Shown here: positions 10,398 to 19,320 of the stretch, piece after piece
Layout of the letters: each line of letters starts with the position of its first letter
Numbering within the stretch: the stretch's first letter is position 1
Source of the DNA: a virus
Taxonomy: Duplodnaviria > Heunggongvirae > Uroviricota > Caudoviricetes
IMG/VR virus record: IMGVR_UViG_2526164690_000030
Reading direction: 5' to 3' (one strand)
Length of the DNA stretch: 54,025 bases
The notes under the pieces: generated by a model
The model's database searches: none
What the model saw: the letters and a program-made list of their open reading frames with translations, nothing else
Told to the model about the DNA's origin: nothing
Position numbers and translations under genes: made by a program

Positions 10398-10613
10398 ATG
10401 GCTACTATCCCCACCCCAACTCATTCTGAATTTATCTGGCGTTTCTATTCCTGCCAAAAACACCTCTATATCTGCGTCATGGCTGCAACCGAAGCAGAAG
10501 CGCGCTCATACCTTCCCGAAGAACCCTGCATTTTTGCTGCTCGCTTCACTCTTGATGCGATGGAGATCCTCAATTACTGGAATCTGCCGATGAACTGCGT
10601 GGAGGTGCACTGA
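10398..10613 (+). CDS. Icd-like small protein (immI module)
   Basis: 71-aa ORF whose stop overlaps the ant start (TGATG), matching the icd-ant arrangement of P1-type immI. Confidence 0.4.
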   Translation: MATIPTPTHSEFIWRFYSCQKHLYICVMAATEAEARSYLPEEPCIFAARFTLDAMEILNYWNLPMNCVEVH

Positions 10614-11539
10614 TGAATCTGTCCATCTCTCAAAAAGCGACAATGACCAGCATTGAGATCGCGGAACTGGTAGGTAAGCGCCCTGATAACGTTAAACGCA
10701 CCATTGAACACCTGGCGGAACGGGGGGTAATATCTTTTCCTCAAATTGAGGAAAAGCCCACCGCAGGCCGCCCGGCGAGCTATTACGTCTTCGAAGGCGA
10801 GCAAGGCAAGCGCGATAGTATTGTCGTCGTCGCACAGCTCTCTCCCGAATTTACCGCCCGGCTGGTGGACCGCTGGCGCGAACTGGAGAATGCCCGGGTA
10901 CAGTTAAAATCAAAAGCCGAAATCCTGGCTGAAATGGCGCAAATGCATCTTGAGCATGAACGCCGGATCAACGCCGTTAATGCCCAGGTAGCCGAAGTAT
11001 CGGCACAAGTGTCCAAAGTCGCTGAAACCGTCGAGCAAATCAAGAAAGGCAATATGCCGGAAGGCTACATTGGCTACCGCCAGCTGGCGGCGAAATGTGG
11101 CCTGACTGAAGCCAAATGCCGCAACCTTGTCAACGCTTACCGGATTCCCACCGATACGCATGAGTTTTTAACTCCAGATGGTTTGCTTGCGAGACGCTCC
11201 ATTGTGGCCCTGGCCCCCTTCCGGAAAGCCTTTAAGCAGGTGATGTCGGAGGCAGAACCACGCAATAAACGCTGGTATCATCCAAAGATGGGGATGTTTC
11301 AGGCAATCCACCATCCTGTGCCTGAAAGTCCAAAGGCAAACCTGTCGTTGCATACCGCCAGAGAGAGGATTAAAACAGGGTATGCAATCGTATGCCGTCG
11401 AGCATCTTGGCCTGAAGGTGTATGGGTATGGCCCGAAGGTGGATCACGAAAGCACTGGCGCACTATCCGGGATGGGAAAATCCATGCGATTGATTTAGCT
11501 CCAGAGGATGTTGTTGCTACGGACTGGATTGTTAGTTAA
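10613..11539 (+). CDS. ant: Phage antirepressor (AntA/Rha-type N-terminal domain)
   Basis: N-terminus TSIEIAELVGKRPDNVKRTIEHLAERG typical of phage antirepressor proteins. Confidence 0.6.
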   Translation: MNLSISQKATMTSIEIAELVGKRPDNVKRTIEHLAERGVISFPQIEEKPTAGRPASYYVFEGEQGKRDSIVVVAQLSPEFTARLVDRWRELENARVQLKSKAEILAEMAQMHLEHERRINAVNAQVAEVSAQVSKVAETVEQIKKGNMPEGYIGYRQLAAKCGLTEAKCRNLVNAYRIPTDTHEFLTPDGLLARRSIVALAPFRKAFKQVMSEAEPRNKRWYHPKMGMFQAIHHPVPESPKANLSLHTARERIKTGYAIVCRRASWPEGVWVWPEGGSRKHWRTIRDGKIHAIDLAPEDVVATDWIVS

Positions 11540-11544
11540 TTACT

Positions 11545-11568
11545 GTTGCCCCGGCCTGTCCGGGGCTT
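11545..11568 (+). terminator. Rho-independent terminator after ant
   Basis: GC hairpin gccccggcctgtccggggc followed by T-rich tract. Confidence 0.5.
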
Positions 11569-11598
11569 TAACTACTAAATAACCGGATTCTCCGCACG

Positions 11599-11883
11599 AT
11601 GAAGAAAATAGATTTCACTTACTCTGCTGCCACAATCCAGCGACGTTTCCGTCTCATAAGGGAAGTGGAACTATCAAAAAACTGGTATCAAATTCTACTG
11701 GATGAAGAGTTTTCACTGATGGTTATAGCAGAAAAATTGGCTATGCCGAATGACCGGCACAAGGTCATAGCCAGCCTGGATCTGGTGACAAACAGATACT
11801 GGGAATCCGAGGAACTACTTGAAGTTGGCTTGATACGCGAGATGATAGAACAGGCTGTTCCCCTCCACTTACAGCAACCATAA
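11599..11883 (+). CDS. Hypothetical protein (94 aa)
   Basis: ORF with RBS; no recognisable motif. Confidence 0.4.
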   Translation: MKKIDFTYSAATIQRRFRLIREVELSKNWYQILLDEEFSLMVIAEKLAMPNDRHKVIASLDLVTNRYWESEELLEVGLIREMIEQAVPLHLQQP

Positions 11884-12019
11884 TTGAAAGGTCTTAACGA
11901 TAGTCTGCCACGAATAGTTACTTTCACTGCCTAAAGTTATTTAATTGCATTACAAAGTGTAAATTAGTAACATTAGAATCTCACACAGCACTATAACTAT
12001 ATGTTTTTTATGTAAAAGG

Positions 12020-12379
12020 ATGATAATCGTGGCTACTAAAATTAAACTTGAAAACCCTCAAACTGGCGAATCAATCACCGGTTTTTATGGTTTTTCCTGG
12101 ACTACATTCTTGTTTGGTGCTTTTCCAGCTTTGTTCAGGAAAGACTTTATAACTTTTATTGGGGTATTCGTAGTGATGCTGATACTGGCATTCCTCACAG
12201 CCGGAATTGGCCCGTGGATTGCCTCATTTATCTGGGCGTTCATGTATAATAAATATTTCACCGTAAATAAGATAAAACAAGGCTTCATTTTTGCTGGTTC
12301 TCACACAGAAAATGAGTTGGCTGCTAGCAAGCTAGGATTGTCATTAAATCAAAACAACTGCAAAACTATTACCGAGTAA
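12020..12379 (+). CDS. Small inner-membrane protein, two predicted TM helices (AT-rich moron)
   Basis: Hydrophobic stretches TFLFGAFPALF and FIGVFVVMLILAFLTAGIGPWIASFIWAF; sigma70-like promoter upstream; local GC far below flanks. Confidence 0.5.
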   Translation: MIIVATKIKLENPQTGESITGFYGFSWTTFLFGAFPALFRKDFITFIGVFVVMLILAFLTAGIGPWIASFIWAFMYNKYFTVNKIKQGFIFAGSHTENELAASKLGLSLNQNNCKTITE

Positions 12380-12418
12380 AGCCAAAAAGCAGGCTTAATA
12401 GTAAGCCTGCTATATCAA

Positions 12419-13240
12419 TCACGAATCTCTCTGACAATTCAGAAACATAAACGCCCGCTTGTCTGTTAAATCCGTAACATAATACTCTCTCATGCCTGTA
12501 GGTTTTATTCTACGAGCATATACAAACTTATGAACTGGTTGTTTTTCCCCATAACTTACATCAGTCCTAAATTCATCAACCACGCTACCATCTTTTTCGA
12601 CTTCCTTTCTCACCAGCTTATTTTCTAATGCTGGCTTTGATTCGTCCATGCCACTAAAAGCATCCTGGCCTGTACTATTGCCTCGATTTCCGCGCGGCAA
12701 ATCCCATGAGAAATAAGTGCCATAGTCAGTAATCACACGATCCCAGACTCCAGTATCCCCCATATAGTTAGAGCGCTTTCCATTGTAGGTTACAGCCACT
12801 TTACAGGAGTACGTTTCTTCATTCCCTCCAGCCTTACTCGCTGTGGTTGCAGGGATATTTTGGATAGATGCGCTTACGTCATCTTGCGTTAACTCCTCAA
12901 CTGGAGCAAATTCATATATGGGGGTGCCGAGGCTATTTAAATATAACTTATATCTAACCCTAAGCGCACTTCCATCTGAGAATTCATACGTTCCCAGGCA
13001 TTGGAGCTTATTTTTTTCTCTTATCTCATTGATCTGATTATAAGCATCGATTACAGAAATTGCTTCCTGATCGTCCTTCAGCAGTTCATTATAATCATCG
13101 ATTAACATCTGCCTAGTTTTAGGGGAATTGCAGTCAATTTTGCTAAAATCATAAGCAAAGGTGAGTGTGGGGACAAAAAGAGCAACAACAGTAGCTAGTA
13201 TTGTTGAGGAAAATCTTTTTCCATTTTTTATAAAAAACAT
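12419..13240 (-). CDS. Secreted/periplasmic protein with signal peptide and four Cys (AT-rich moron)
   Basis: Start at internal ATG with GGAG RBS; N-terminus MFFIKNGKRFSSTILATVVALFVPTLTFA is a signal peptide; track ORF extends 26 codons further upstream. Confidence 0.5.
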   Translation of the reverse strand: MFFIKNGKRFSSTILATVVALFVPTLTFAYDFSKIDCNSPKTRQMLIDDYNELLKDDQEAISVIDAYNQINEIREKNKLQCLGTYEFSDGSALRVRYKLYLNSLGTPIYEFAPVEELTQDDVSASIQNIPATTASKAGGNEETYSCKVAVTYNGKRSNYMGDTGVWDRVITDYGTYFSWDLPRGNRGNSTGQDAFSGMDESKPALENKLVRKEVEKDGSVVDEFRTDVSYGEKQPVHKFVYARRIKPTGMREYYVTDLTDKRAFMFLNCQRDS

Positions 13241-13412
13241 TTCATTAACTCCATACCTTACCATCTTAGCCGCGAGCGCGGTCCCTAAAACCCTTAACTT
13301 CACTGCACCGTCCTTCATGCAATCAAAATGACTTTTATGTTATAAAAATAATCAGCCAAATCAACATGATTTAGGCCAAATTTCTGTCAAAAATAAAATC
13401 CACAAAAAGTGG

Positions 13413-13438
13413 TTGACACTATTTTGGAAATCACAAAC
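13413..13438 (+). promoter_or_regulatory. Candidate phage late-type promoter (TTGACA ... AAATCACAAACTG ... CATAAT)
   Basis: Conserved AAATCACAAA element a few bp upstream of a -10-like hexamer; related copies upstream of four other operons. Confidence 0.4.
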
Positions 13439-13533
13439 TGCACATAATCCATCGCGCTAACGGCTCCCGTTGAAGGTTCTTTTGACGATTAACTTTCAGC
13501 CGAAGCGCGGTAGGGAGTCATAACGCCAAAGCA

Positions 13534-13557
13534 GGCCGCCATGTGCGGCCTTTTTTT
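13534..13557 (+). terminator. Rho-independent terminator (ggccgc-catgt-gcggcc + T7)
   Basis: Perfect 6-bp GC stem followed by TTTTTTT, about 110 nt downstream of the promoter-like element and just upstream of the next ATG. Confidence 0.6.
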
Positions 13558-13584
13558 GTATCCGTCATCCGTGGAGGAAGGACA

Positions 13585-14238
13585 ATGGAAAAGATCGCAA
13601 TATTCAGCCTGACCACCAGCAAGCCTCAAATGCTCACTGCAATACTGAAAGACGGTGCTCTCATTATTAACGAAGTAAAACCCCTTCCCGCGTCAGCATT
13701 GGAGCAAAAGCAAAAAATTCCTCCAGCTATAGCAGCCCTGCGGAAAAGCAAATTTAAGGTACTGGTAGACGAAATTACGCCAACGATCTCCGCTGGCACC
13801 GGAGCAAGCCAGGTGACTCTCAAGACCCGTCATGCCGATGGTAGAGCAGCAATCATCGTCGGGATGGAAAGATACAAAGAGTTAAAACTCCAGAAACTAT
13901 TATCCCTGCCGCAAAATAACAAAGGTGCTTTCGAAATCCCCGACTCTATCGTTGATACCGAATACAACGGTAACGGAGAAGAAGTCTACAGGGTGAACTG
14001 GCAGGATATCAGGCCGGAGCATATTCTGATGATCCTGTGTTGCTACGCGACCGTATACCACAACGTTGCCAGTGCGGATTACGTAGAGCAGATGACCGGT
14101 ACAGTCGAGAAAGAGCAAAAAACAGGCATACTCGCTTCGTTCCTTTCCATTATTGGGCATGAAAAAGTTAAAGCAGGCACCTCCCAGCCAAAGTCACTGG
14201 CTGGGAAAGAAGTTGATGAAGATACCGTGATACTTTGA
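13585..14238 (+). CDS. Hypothetical protein (218 aa)
   Basis: ATG with GGAGGAAGG RBS; track ORF start at 13543 lies inside the terminator hairpin and is unlikely. Confidence 0.5.
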   Translation: MEKIAIFSLTTSKPQMLTAILKDGALIINEVKPLPASALEQKQKIPPAIAALRKSKFKVLVDEITPTISAGTGASQVTLKTRHADGRAAIIVGMERYKELKLQKLLSLPQNNKGAFEIPDSIVDTEYNGNGEEVYRVNWQDIRPEHILMILCCYATVYHNVASADYVEQMTGTVEKEQKTGILASFLSIIGHEKVKAGTSQPKSLAGKEVDEDTVIL

Positions 14239-14566
14239 TCACATTAGTAGCTTTGTTAACTCCCTCAACACCAGGTAGAAGAGTAACAAAAATATTGACG
14301 CGAGTATTTGAGTGGTCAATGAAGCGTTCATAAACAGATCAATTAGAATTAATAATTCGAAGATAACATCCATGTCATTCACTCCGTTTAATTTTTAATC
14401 TAATGCCAGCAAATGAAGCTGGCCCCCGCATAAAGATTAATGAAAGTCACTTGTCACCAGTGAGGGGATTTATGAGCCACATCCCCCTGAACTGGTGGCC
14501 TGTCTGTTTCTCGCATTTCACACCCTGCATACAGTTTCCCCCAGGTTATGACTGAGAGGCTTTGTT

Positions 14567-14896
14567 ATGGGCTATAGCAGACTCGACGATAGGTACATTG
14601 AAGACGATATTTTTCGTGCGCTGTTTCACCAGGAAATGATTAAGCGGGTATCGGAGTATCACTCTGATAATTTCCAGTACACGATAAAGATTGATGAAGT
14701 ATATCGTTCAGACCTTGCAGCCTACCGGGCGTATGGCAATGCAGATTTGCGCTGGGTATTCCGGGTGCTGGTGGGCCATGAGTCAGAAATGGAAGAAATG
14801 CCCGCCGGGACCACGTTAACTCTTCCTGATGTGGCATGGCTGAGGAACAAGATCCGTGATTACGCGAGCGCGGAACCGGAGATAGAAAATGCCTGA
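14567..14896 (+). CDS. Hypothetical protein (109 aa)
   Basis: ORF overlapping the next gene by 8 bp (operon). Confidence 0.45.
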   Translation: MGYSRLDDRYIEDDIFRALFHQEMIKRVSEYHSDNFQYTIKIDEVYRSDLAAYRAYGNADLRWVFRVLVGHESEMEEMPAGTTLTLPDVAWLRNKIRDYASAEPEIENA

Positions 14897-16082
14897 TTTC
14901 CTGAAAAACCAGGACGGGCGCTATATCACTGACGGCCTGTCCTCTAAGGACTTCACGCGTTTATTCGAGCTTATCAGGAAAGAACAAACCCGTAAGCGCC
15001 GACAAGCTCACCGGACGCTGACGCCAGGTAGACTGAGGAACAAATCCGCCGAAGATATTCTCAAGTTAGGGAAGAAAAAAGGCGGCACGTTCTTCACGCG
15101 AGACGACCTGAAAGGTTTCGAAAAGCTACGGAGTAAAACGCGCGAAAAATATGACAGCAAGACGGCTGGCATCACATACGCCCAGCTGGTGGCATCCAGC
15201 CAGGCAATCGATATTAAGCGTGCAAATAACGCCGTGGATGACGGATCTGGTATCAAAAGAGCTACACCCGTATCTCTTCGCCACAATGTGATTAATATCC
15301 GCGTAGAAGCATCGGATATATCCGTCCACCAGCACCATATCGTCCGGATACGCTTTGAAGAATGGGATCAGATGGTTGATGACATCGCAGAAGACGATAA
15401 ATCAGCTCTCAAAATCACTAAATCACTGTGCGCCGGGCGAGTGTCTTTCGATTGTGACTGTGGTCGTCATCAATACTGGTATCGTTACATCGCCACTGCG
15501 GGTAACTTTGCCCTGGCACCGCCAAAAGAATACGCCTATCCAAAAGTTCGCAACCCGAAGCTGCAAGGCGTCGCCTGTAAACACGTGATCCACTCAATGA
15601 CGCGGTTACAGTCCGCCAGTTGGCAAATGAGTATTGCTCGTGCGCTACAAAAGGCTGCAACGCAAATTGCATTTGGTGACGATCGCCGCCGTACAACCAA
15701 ACACTTCTCAAAAGAAGACGAGAAGGAGTTTAATCGCAATCGTAGCAGTAAAACGAACGTTGAAGCCGCCAAACGCGAATGGAGGCTCTATCAGAAGCGC
15801 CAGGCAGCTTTAAGTACAAAACTGGCAAAGGACAACGGCAAGATCGACAAGCTACGTGACCAATTGACCAGGGCCAGAAAGTTGTCAGACGCACAGAAAA
15901 AACGGGCGGCTGCAAAAGAAGCGGCCTTGCAACGTGAGAAACAGAAAAATAAGGAACTTCAGCAACGCCTTGCCGATCAGTTCGCACTGAAGAAGCAGGC
16001 GTTCATTGATGCGCTTGTCATGGCTGGAACGCCACAAGAACAGGCTGAGAAGATGTTTATAGAGTACGTGAAAAAAGCATAA
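14889..16082 (+). CDS. SWIM-type zinc-finger protein with Lys/Arg-rich coiled-coil C-terminus
   Basis: CxC...CxH motif FDCDCGRHQYWY...GVACKHVIH; C-terminal KKRAAAKEAALQREKQKNKELQQRL. Confidence 0.55.
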   Translation: MPDFLKNQDGRYITDGLSSKDFTRLFELIRKEQTRKRRQAHRTLTPGRLRNKSAEDILKLGKKKGGTFFTRDDLKGFEKLRSKTREKYDSKTAGITYAQLVASSQAIDIKRANNAVDDGSGIKRATPVSLRHNVINIRVEASDISVHQHHIVRIRFEEWDQMVDDIAEDDKSALKITKSLCAGRVSFDCDCGRHQYWYRYIATAGNFALAPPKEYAYPKVRNPKLQGVACKHVIHSMTRLQSASWQMSIARALQKAATQIAFGDDRRRTTKHFSKEDEKEFNRNRSSKTNVEAAKREWRLYQKRQAALSTKLAKDNGKIDKLRDQLTRARKLSDAQKKRAAAKEAALQREKQKNKELQQRLADQFALKKQAFIDALVMAGTPQEQAEKMFIEYVKKA

Positions 16083-16258
16083 ACCACACATAGCCTAGTA
16101 GTTTATGCTGGGCTTTCATTTTTTTGAAAGATCAATTCCAGTATTATCAAACAAACTGGAAATATCAGACACCAATTTATTAAAATGCTTGTCATCATTA
16201 TAGAATGATGTGCTTTTTATAGCGACTATAAAATCACATAAATCTTGCGGAGATTCAA

Positions 16259-16267
16259 TGCTAACCC
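16259..16267. repeat. 9-bp target site duplication (left copy) of IS10: TGCTAACCC
   Basis: Identical 9-mer at 17597-17605 on the other side of the element. Confidence 0.9.
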
Positions 16268-17596
16268 CTGAGAGATCCCCTCATAATTTCCCCAAAGCGT
16301 AACCATGTGTGAATAAATTTTGAGCTAGTAGGGTTGCAGCCACGAGTAAGTCTTCCCTTGTTATTGTGTAGCCAGAATGCCGCAAAACTTCCATGCCTAA
16401 GCGAACTGTTGAGAGTACGTTTCGATTTCTGACTGTGTTAGCCTGGAAGTGCTTGTCCCAACCTTGTTTCTGAGCATGAACGCCCGCAAGCCAACATGTT
16501 AGTTGAAGCATCAGGGCGATTAGCAGCATGATATCAAAACGCTCTGAGCTGCTCGTTCGGCTATGGCGTAGGCCTAGTCCGTAGGCAGGACTTTTCAAGT
16601 CTCGGAAGGTTTCTTCAATCTGCATTCGCTTCGAATAGATATTAACAAGTTGTTTGGGTGTTCGAATTTCAACAGGTAAGTTAGTTGCTAGAACCCATGG
16701 CTCCTTTGCCGACGCTGAGTAGATTTTAGGTGACGGGTGGTGACAATGAGTCCGTGTCGAGCGCTGATTTTTTCGGCCTTTAGAGCGAGATTTATACAAT
16801 AGAATTTGGCATGAGATTGGATTGCTTTTAGTCAGCCTCTTATAGCCTAAAGTCTTTGAGTGACTAGATGACATATCATGTAAGTTGCTGATAGGTTTCC
16901 AGTTTTCCGCTCCTAGGTCTGCATATTGTACTTTTCCTCTTACTCGACTTAACCAGTACCAACCCAGCTTCTCAACGGATTTATACCATGGCACTTTAAA
17001 GCCAGCATCACTGACAATGAGCGGTGTGGTGTTACTCGGTAGAATGCTCGCAAGGTCGGCTAGAAATTGGTCATGAGCTTTCTTTGAACATTGCTCTGAA
17101 AGCGGGAACGCTTTCTCATAAAGAGTAACAGAACGACCGTGTAGTGCGACTGAAGCTCGCAATACCATAAGTCGTTTTTGCTCACGAATATCAGACCAGT
17201 CAACAAGTACAATGGGCATCGTATTGCCCGAACAGATAAAGCTAGCATGCCAACGGTATACAGCGAGTCGCTCTTTGTGGAGGTGACGATTACCTAACAA
17301 TCGGTCGATTCGTTTGATGTTATGTTTTGTTCTCGCTTTGGTTGGCAGGTTACGGCCAAGTTCGGTAAGAGTGAGAGTTTTACAGTCAAGTAATGCGTGG
17401 CAAGCCAACGTTAAGCTGTTGAGTCGTTTTAAGTGTAATTCGGGGCAGAATTGGTAAAGAGAGTCGTGTAAAATATCGAGTTCGCACATCTTGTTGTCTG
17501 ATTATTGATTTTTCGCGAAACCATTTGATCATATGACAAGATGTGTATCCACCTTAACTTAATGATTTTTACCAAAATCATTAGGGGATTCATCAG
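16268..17596 (-). mobile_element. IS10 (IS4 family), complete 1329-bp copy
   Basis: Ends CTGAGAGATCCCCTCATAATTTCCCC (inside end, 16268) and CTGATGAATCCCCTAATGATTTTGGTAAAAATCATTAAG (outside end, rc at 17596); 1329 bp; flanked by perfect 9-bp direct repeats. Confidence 0.95.
16281..17489 (-). CDS. IS10 transposase
   Basis: 402-aa product MCELDILHDSLYQFCPELHLKRLNSLTLACHALLDCKTLTLTELGRNLPTKARTKHNIKRIDRLLGN... Confidence 0.95.
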   Translation of the reverse strand: MCELDILHDSLYQFCPELHLKRLNSLTLACHALLDCKTLTLTELGRNLPTKARTKHNIKRIDRLLGNRHLHKERLAVYRWHASFICSGNTMPIVLVDWSDIREQKRLMVLRASVALHGRSVTLYEKAFPLSEQCSKKAHDQFLADLASILPSNTTPLIVSDAGFKVPWYKSVEKLGWYWLSRVRGKVQYADLGAENWKPISNLHDMSSSHSKTLGYKRLTKSNPISCQILLYKSRSKGRKNQRSTRTHCHHPSPKIYSASAKEPWVLATNLPVEIRTPKQLVNIYSKRMQIEETFRDLKSPAYGLGLRHSRTSSSERFDIMLLIALMLQLTCWLAGVHAQKQGWDKHFQANTVRNRNVLSTVRLGMEVLRHSGYTITREDLLVAATLLAQNLFTHGYALGKL

Positions 17597-17605
17597 TGCT
17601 AACCC
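17597..17605. repeat. 9-bp target site duplication (right copy) of IS10: TGCTAACCC
   Basis: Identical to 16259-16267. Confidence 0.9.
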
Positions 17606-18180
17606 CCTTATTTTTATATAGTTCAATAATACTGCCAACATCAGAATGCAATAGTTTTATCGCGCCACAAATTTCTCGCTGTTTCGTAGCTAGGTCATTA
17701 AGTTTATTTTCATTTTCATCTAAGATTTGTTTTGAATATTTAGCGTCATTGGTTGCTTGATTTAACTTTGTTTTCTTTCTTTGCAATTCTATTCTTTTAT
17801 CATAATCAGCATCTTCATCTAAATATCTTATTTCAGTGTATAATTTACTTGTTAGCTTAGATATCTTCAGTGTGAGAATAGGAGCTAACACAGATGCAAA
17901 TACCCCATAACCAAATGGGATTACAAAGTGATAAACCCACGGGGATACAATCCAATTATCAAAGAACGGGACATTACCACCAACAAAAACAATAGATAAT
18001 GTATATAGGATGTCGTCCTTTGACTTTAATATAATTAAAATATCCTTCCAGTTAAAAATTAGAAAGAAATGACAACATATGCAAAAACCTTGTTAAATAT
18101 TTTATCTTTTATTATTTCAGAAAATGATTTTAGTTCTGTTTCATTTATAGACGGATTATCTTTAACTTTTTCTGACATCA
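17597..18180 (-). pseudogene. AT-rich gene for a membrane plus coiled-coil protein, disrupted near its 3' end by IS10 (last ~17 codons lie left of IS10 at 16203-16258); possible frameshift near 18060-18095
   Basis: Minus-strand frame encodes a hydrophobic segment (two predicted TM helices) followed by a charged coiled-coil region ...ELQRKKTKLNQATNDAKYSKQILDENENKLNDLATKQREI...; track ORF 17559..17891 reads through the junction into IS10; an ATGATG-initiated 40-codon ORF at 18180 is in another frame. Confidence 0.45.
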
Positions 18181-18202
18181 TAGCTTATCCTGATTACTTT
18201 TA

Positions 18203-18403
18203 TTATGGATAGTTAAAAGATTCAACAGGTGATGGTGGCTGAATTGGGTAATGTTTCTTCTCGTACTCCTCAATGAGAAGACTCATAACCTCAAAGAAAT
18301 CACCTTCCGGAGTATTCATTTCCGGTTCGTTATCGAACATCGGTTTGACCGCACGCAGTGCGGCCTCATAATCTTGTTCTGTACGGATAGGTTTAATGTT
18401 CAT
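18203..18403 (-). CDS. Small ORF resembling only the N-terminal domain of a two-domain HigA-type antitoxin (possibly truncated)
   Basis: MNIKPIRTEQDYEAALRAVKPMFDNEPEMNTPEGDFFEVMSLLIEEYEKKHYPI matches the N-domain pattern; no HTH domain follows; ORF ends where the AT-rich gene begins. Confidence 0.3.
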   Translation of the reverse strand: MNIKPIRTEQDYEAALRAVKPMFDNEPEMNTPEGDFFEVMSLLIEEYEKKHYPIQPPSPVESFNYP

Positions 18404-18459
18404 TAATTACAAAGGAAAGCCCACTTGCTAAGTGGGCTTTTTGTATGTGTTTTACTATA

Positions 18460-18798
18460 TCAGGCTGCTTTTTTATTCAGGTTCCGCTGAGAAATAAATT
18501 TTTCAGCAGTATTGATACGACTTAACTCTTCCTGAACGCGCATATCATTTTCGACTTCCCACAGATCTACTGCGGTCTGAAGATTAATCCAAAAATCTAC
18601 AGAAGTATCGAATGCTTTTGCCAGGCGATATGCCATATCCATCGTTAGCTTACGATTATTATTAACAAGAGCACTTACGGTGTTACGATGAACATGAAGT
18701 ATTTCTGCTAACTCGTTGATCTTCAGCTCTAACGGCTCCAGGTATTCGTACAGCAGGATATCACCTACGGTCGTCGGTTTTCTGGTTGCCTGTTTCAT
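18460..18798 (-). CDS. higA: HigA antitoxin (XRE-family HTH)
   Basis: TVGDILLYEYLEPLELKINELAEILHVHRNTVSALVNNNRKLTMDMAYRLAKAFDTSVDFWINLQ; follows the toxin gene. Confidence 0.8.
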   Translation of the reverse strand: MKQATRKPTTVGDILLYEYLEPLELKINELAEILHVHRNTVSALVNNNRKLTMDMAYRLAKAFDTSVDFWINLQTAVDLWEVENDMRVQEELSRINTAEKFISQRNLNKKAA

Positions 18799-18868
18799 TT
18801 TTTGCCCTTACTAGCGTACGTATTAAGTGGACTCTGGTCAGAACCCGGTCCGTAACCGGGTATCTGTT

Positions 18869-19177
18869 TTAGTATTTGTGAGGGTCGAGATACAAGTCCT
18901 CGGCCTTTCCGTTAACCCACTTAAAAATTAACCTATATTGCTTATTCACCCTTACTGATGAATAGCCATTTAGCTTCCCTGACAGTTCCTCATACCGATT
19001 ACCTGGTGGTGATCTTAAATCCTTACAGGTAGTTGCGGCATTGATAATGTCCAACTTCCGTGACAATGTCATATGAATATCAGGAGGTATCTTTCTATGT
19101 GGTGTTGAAAATTCAAAAAAATCATCAAGCCACGCATCCCTGAAATCCTTTATGTTAATTTTTTGGTCATTAGTCAT
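18869..19177 (-). CDS. higB: HigB toxin (RelE/ParE superfamily mRNA interferase)
   Basis: C-terminal YSSVRVNKQYRLIFKWVNGKAEDLYLDPHKY matches the HigB pattern; toxin-first gene order. Confidence 0.7.
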   Translation of the reverse strand: MTNDQKINIKDFRDAWLDDFFEFSTPHRKIPPDIHMTLSRKLDIINAATTCKDLRSPPGNRYEELSGKLNGYSSVRVNKQYRLIFKWVNGKAEDLYLDPHKY

Positions 19178-19320
19178 TTGATCCTCCGTGATGATTACCG
19201 AATGCCATAACTATAGCGCACTGTTGCACTGTGCGCAAGTGCATTTTATGAATTCCCCCTCCTTCATCCAAAATCACAATCTCCCGAAAATCTTCCTTTC
19301 GATACCTGACAGATCGACCT

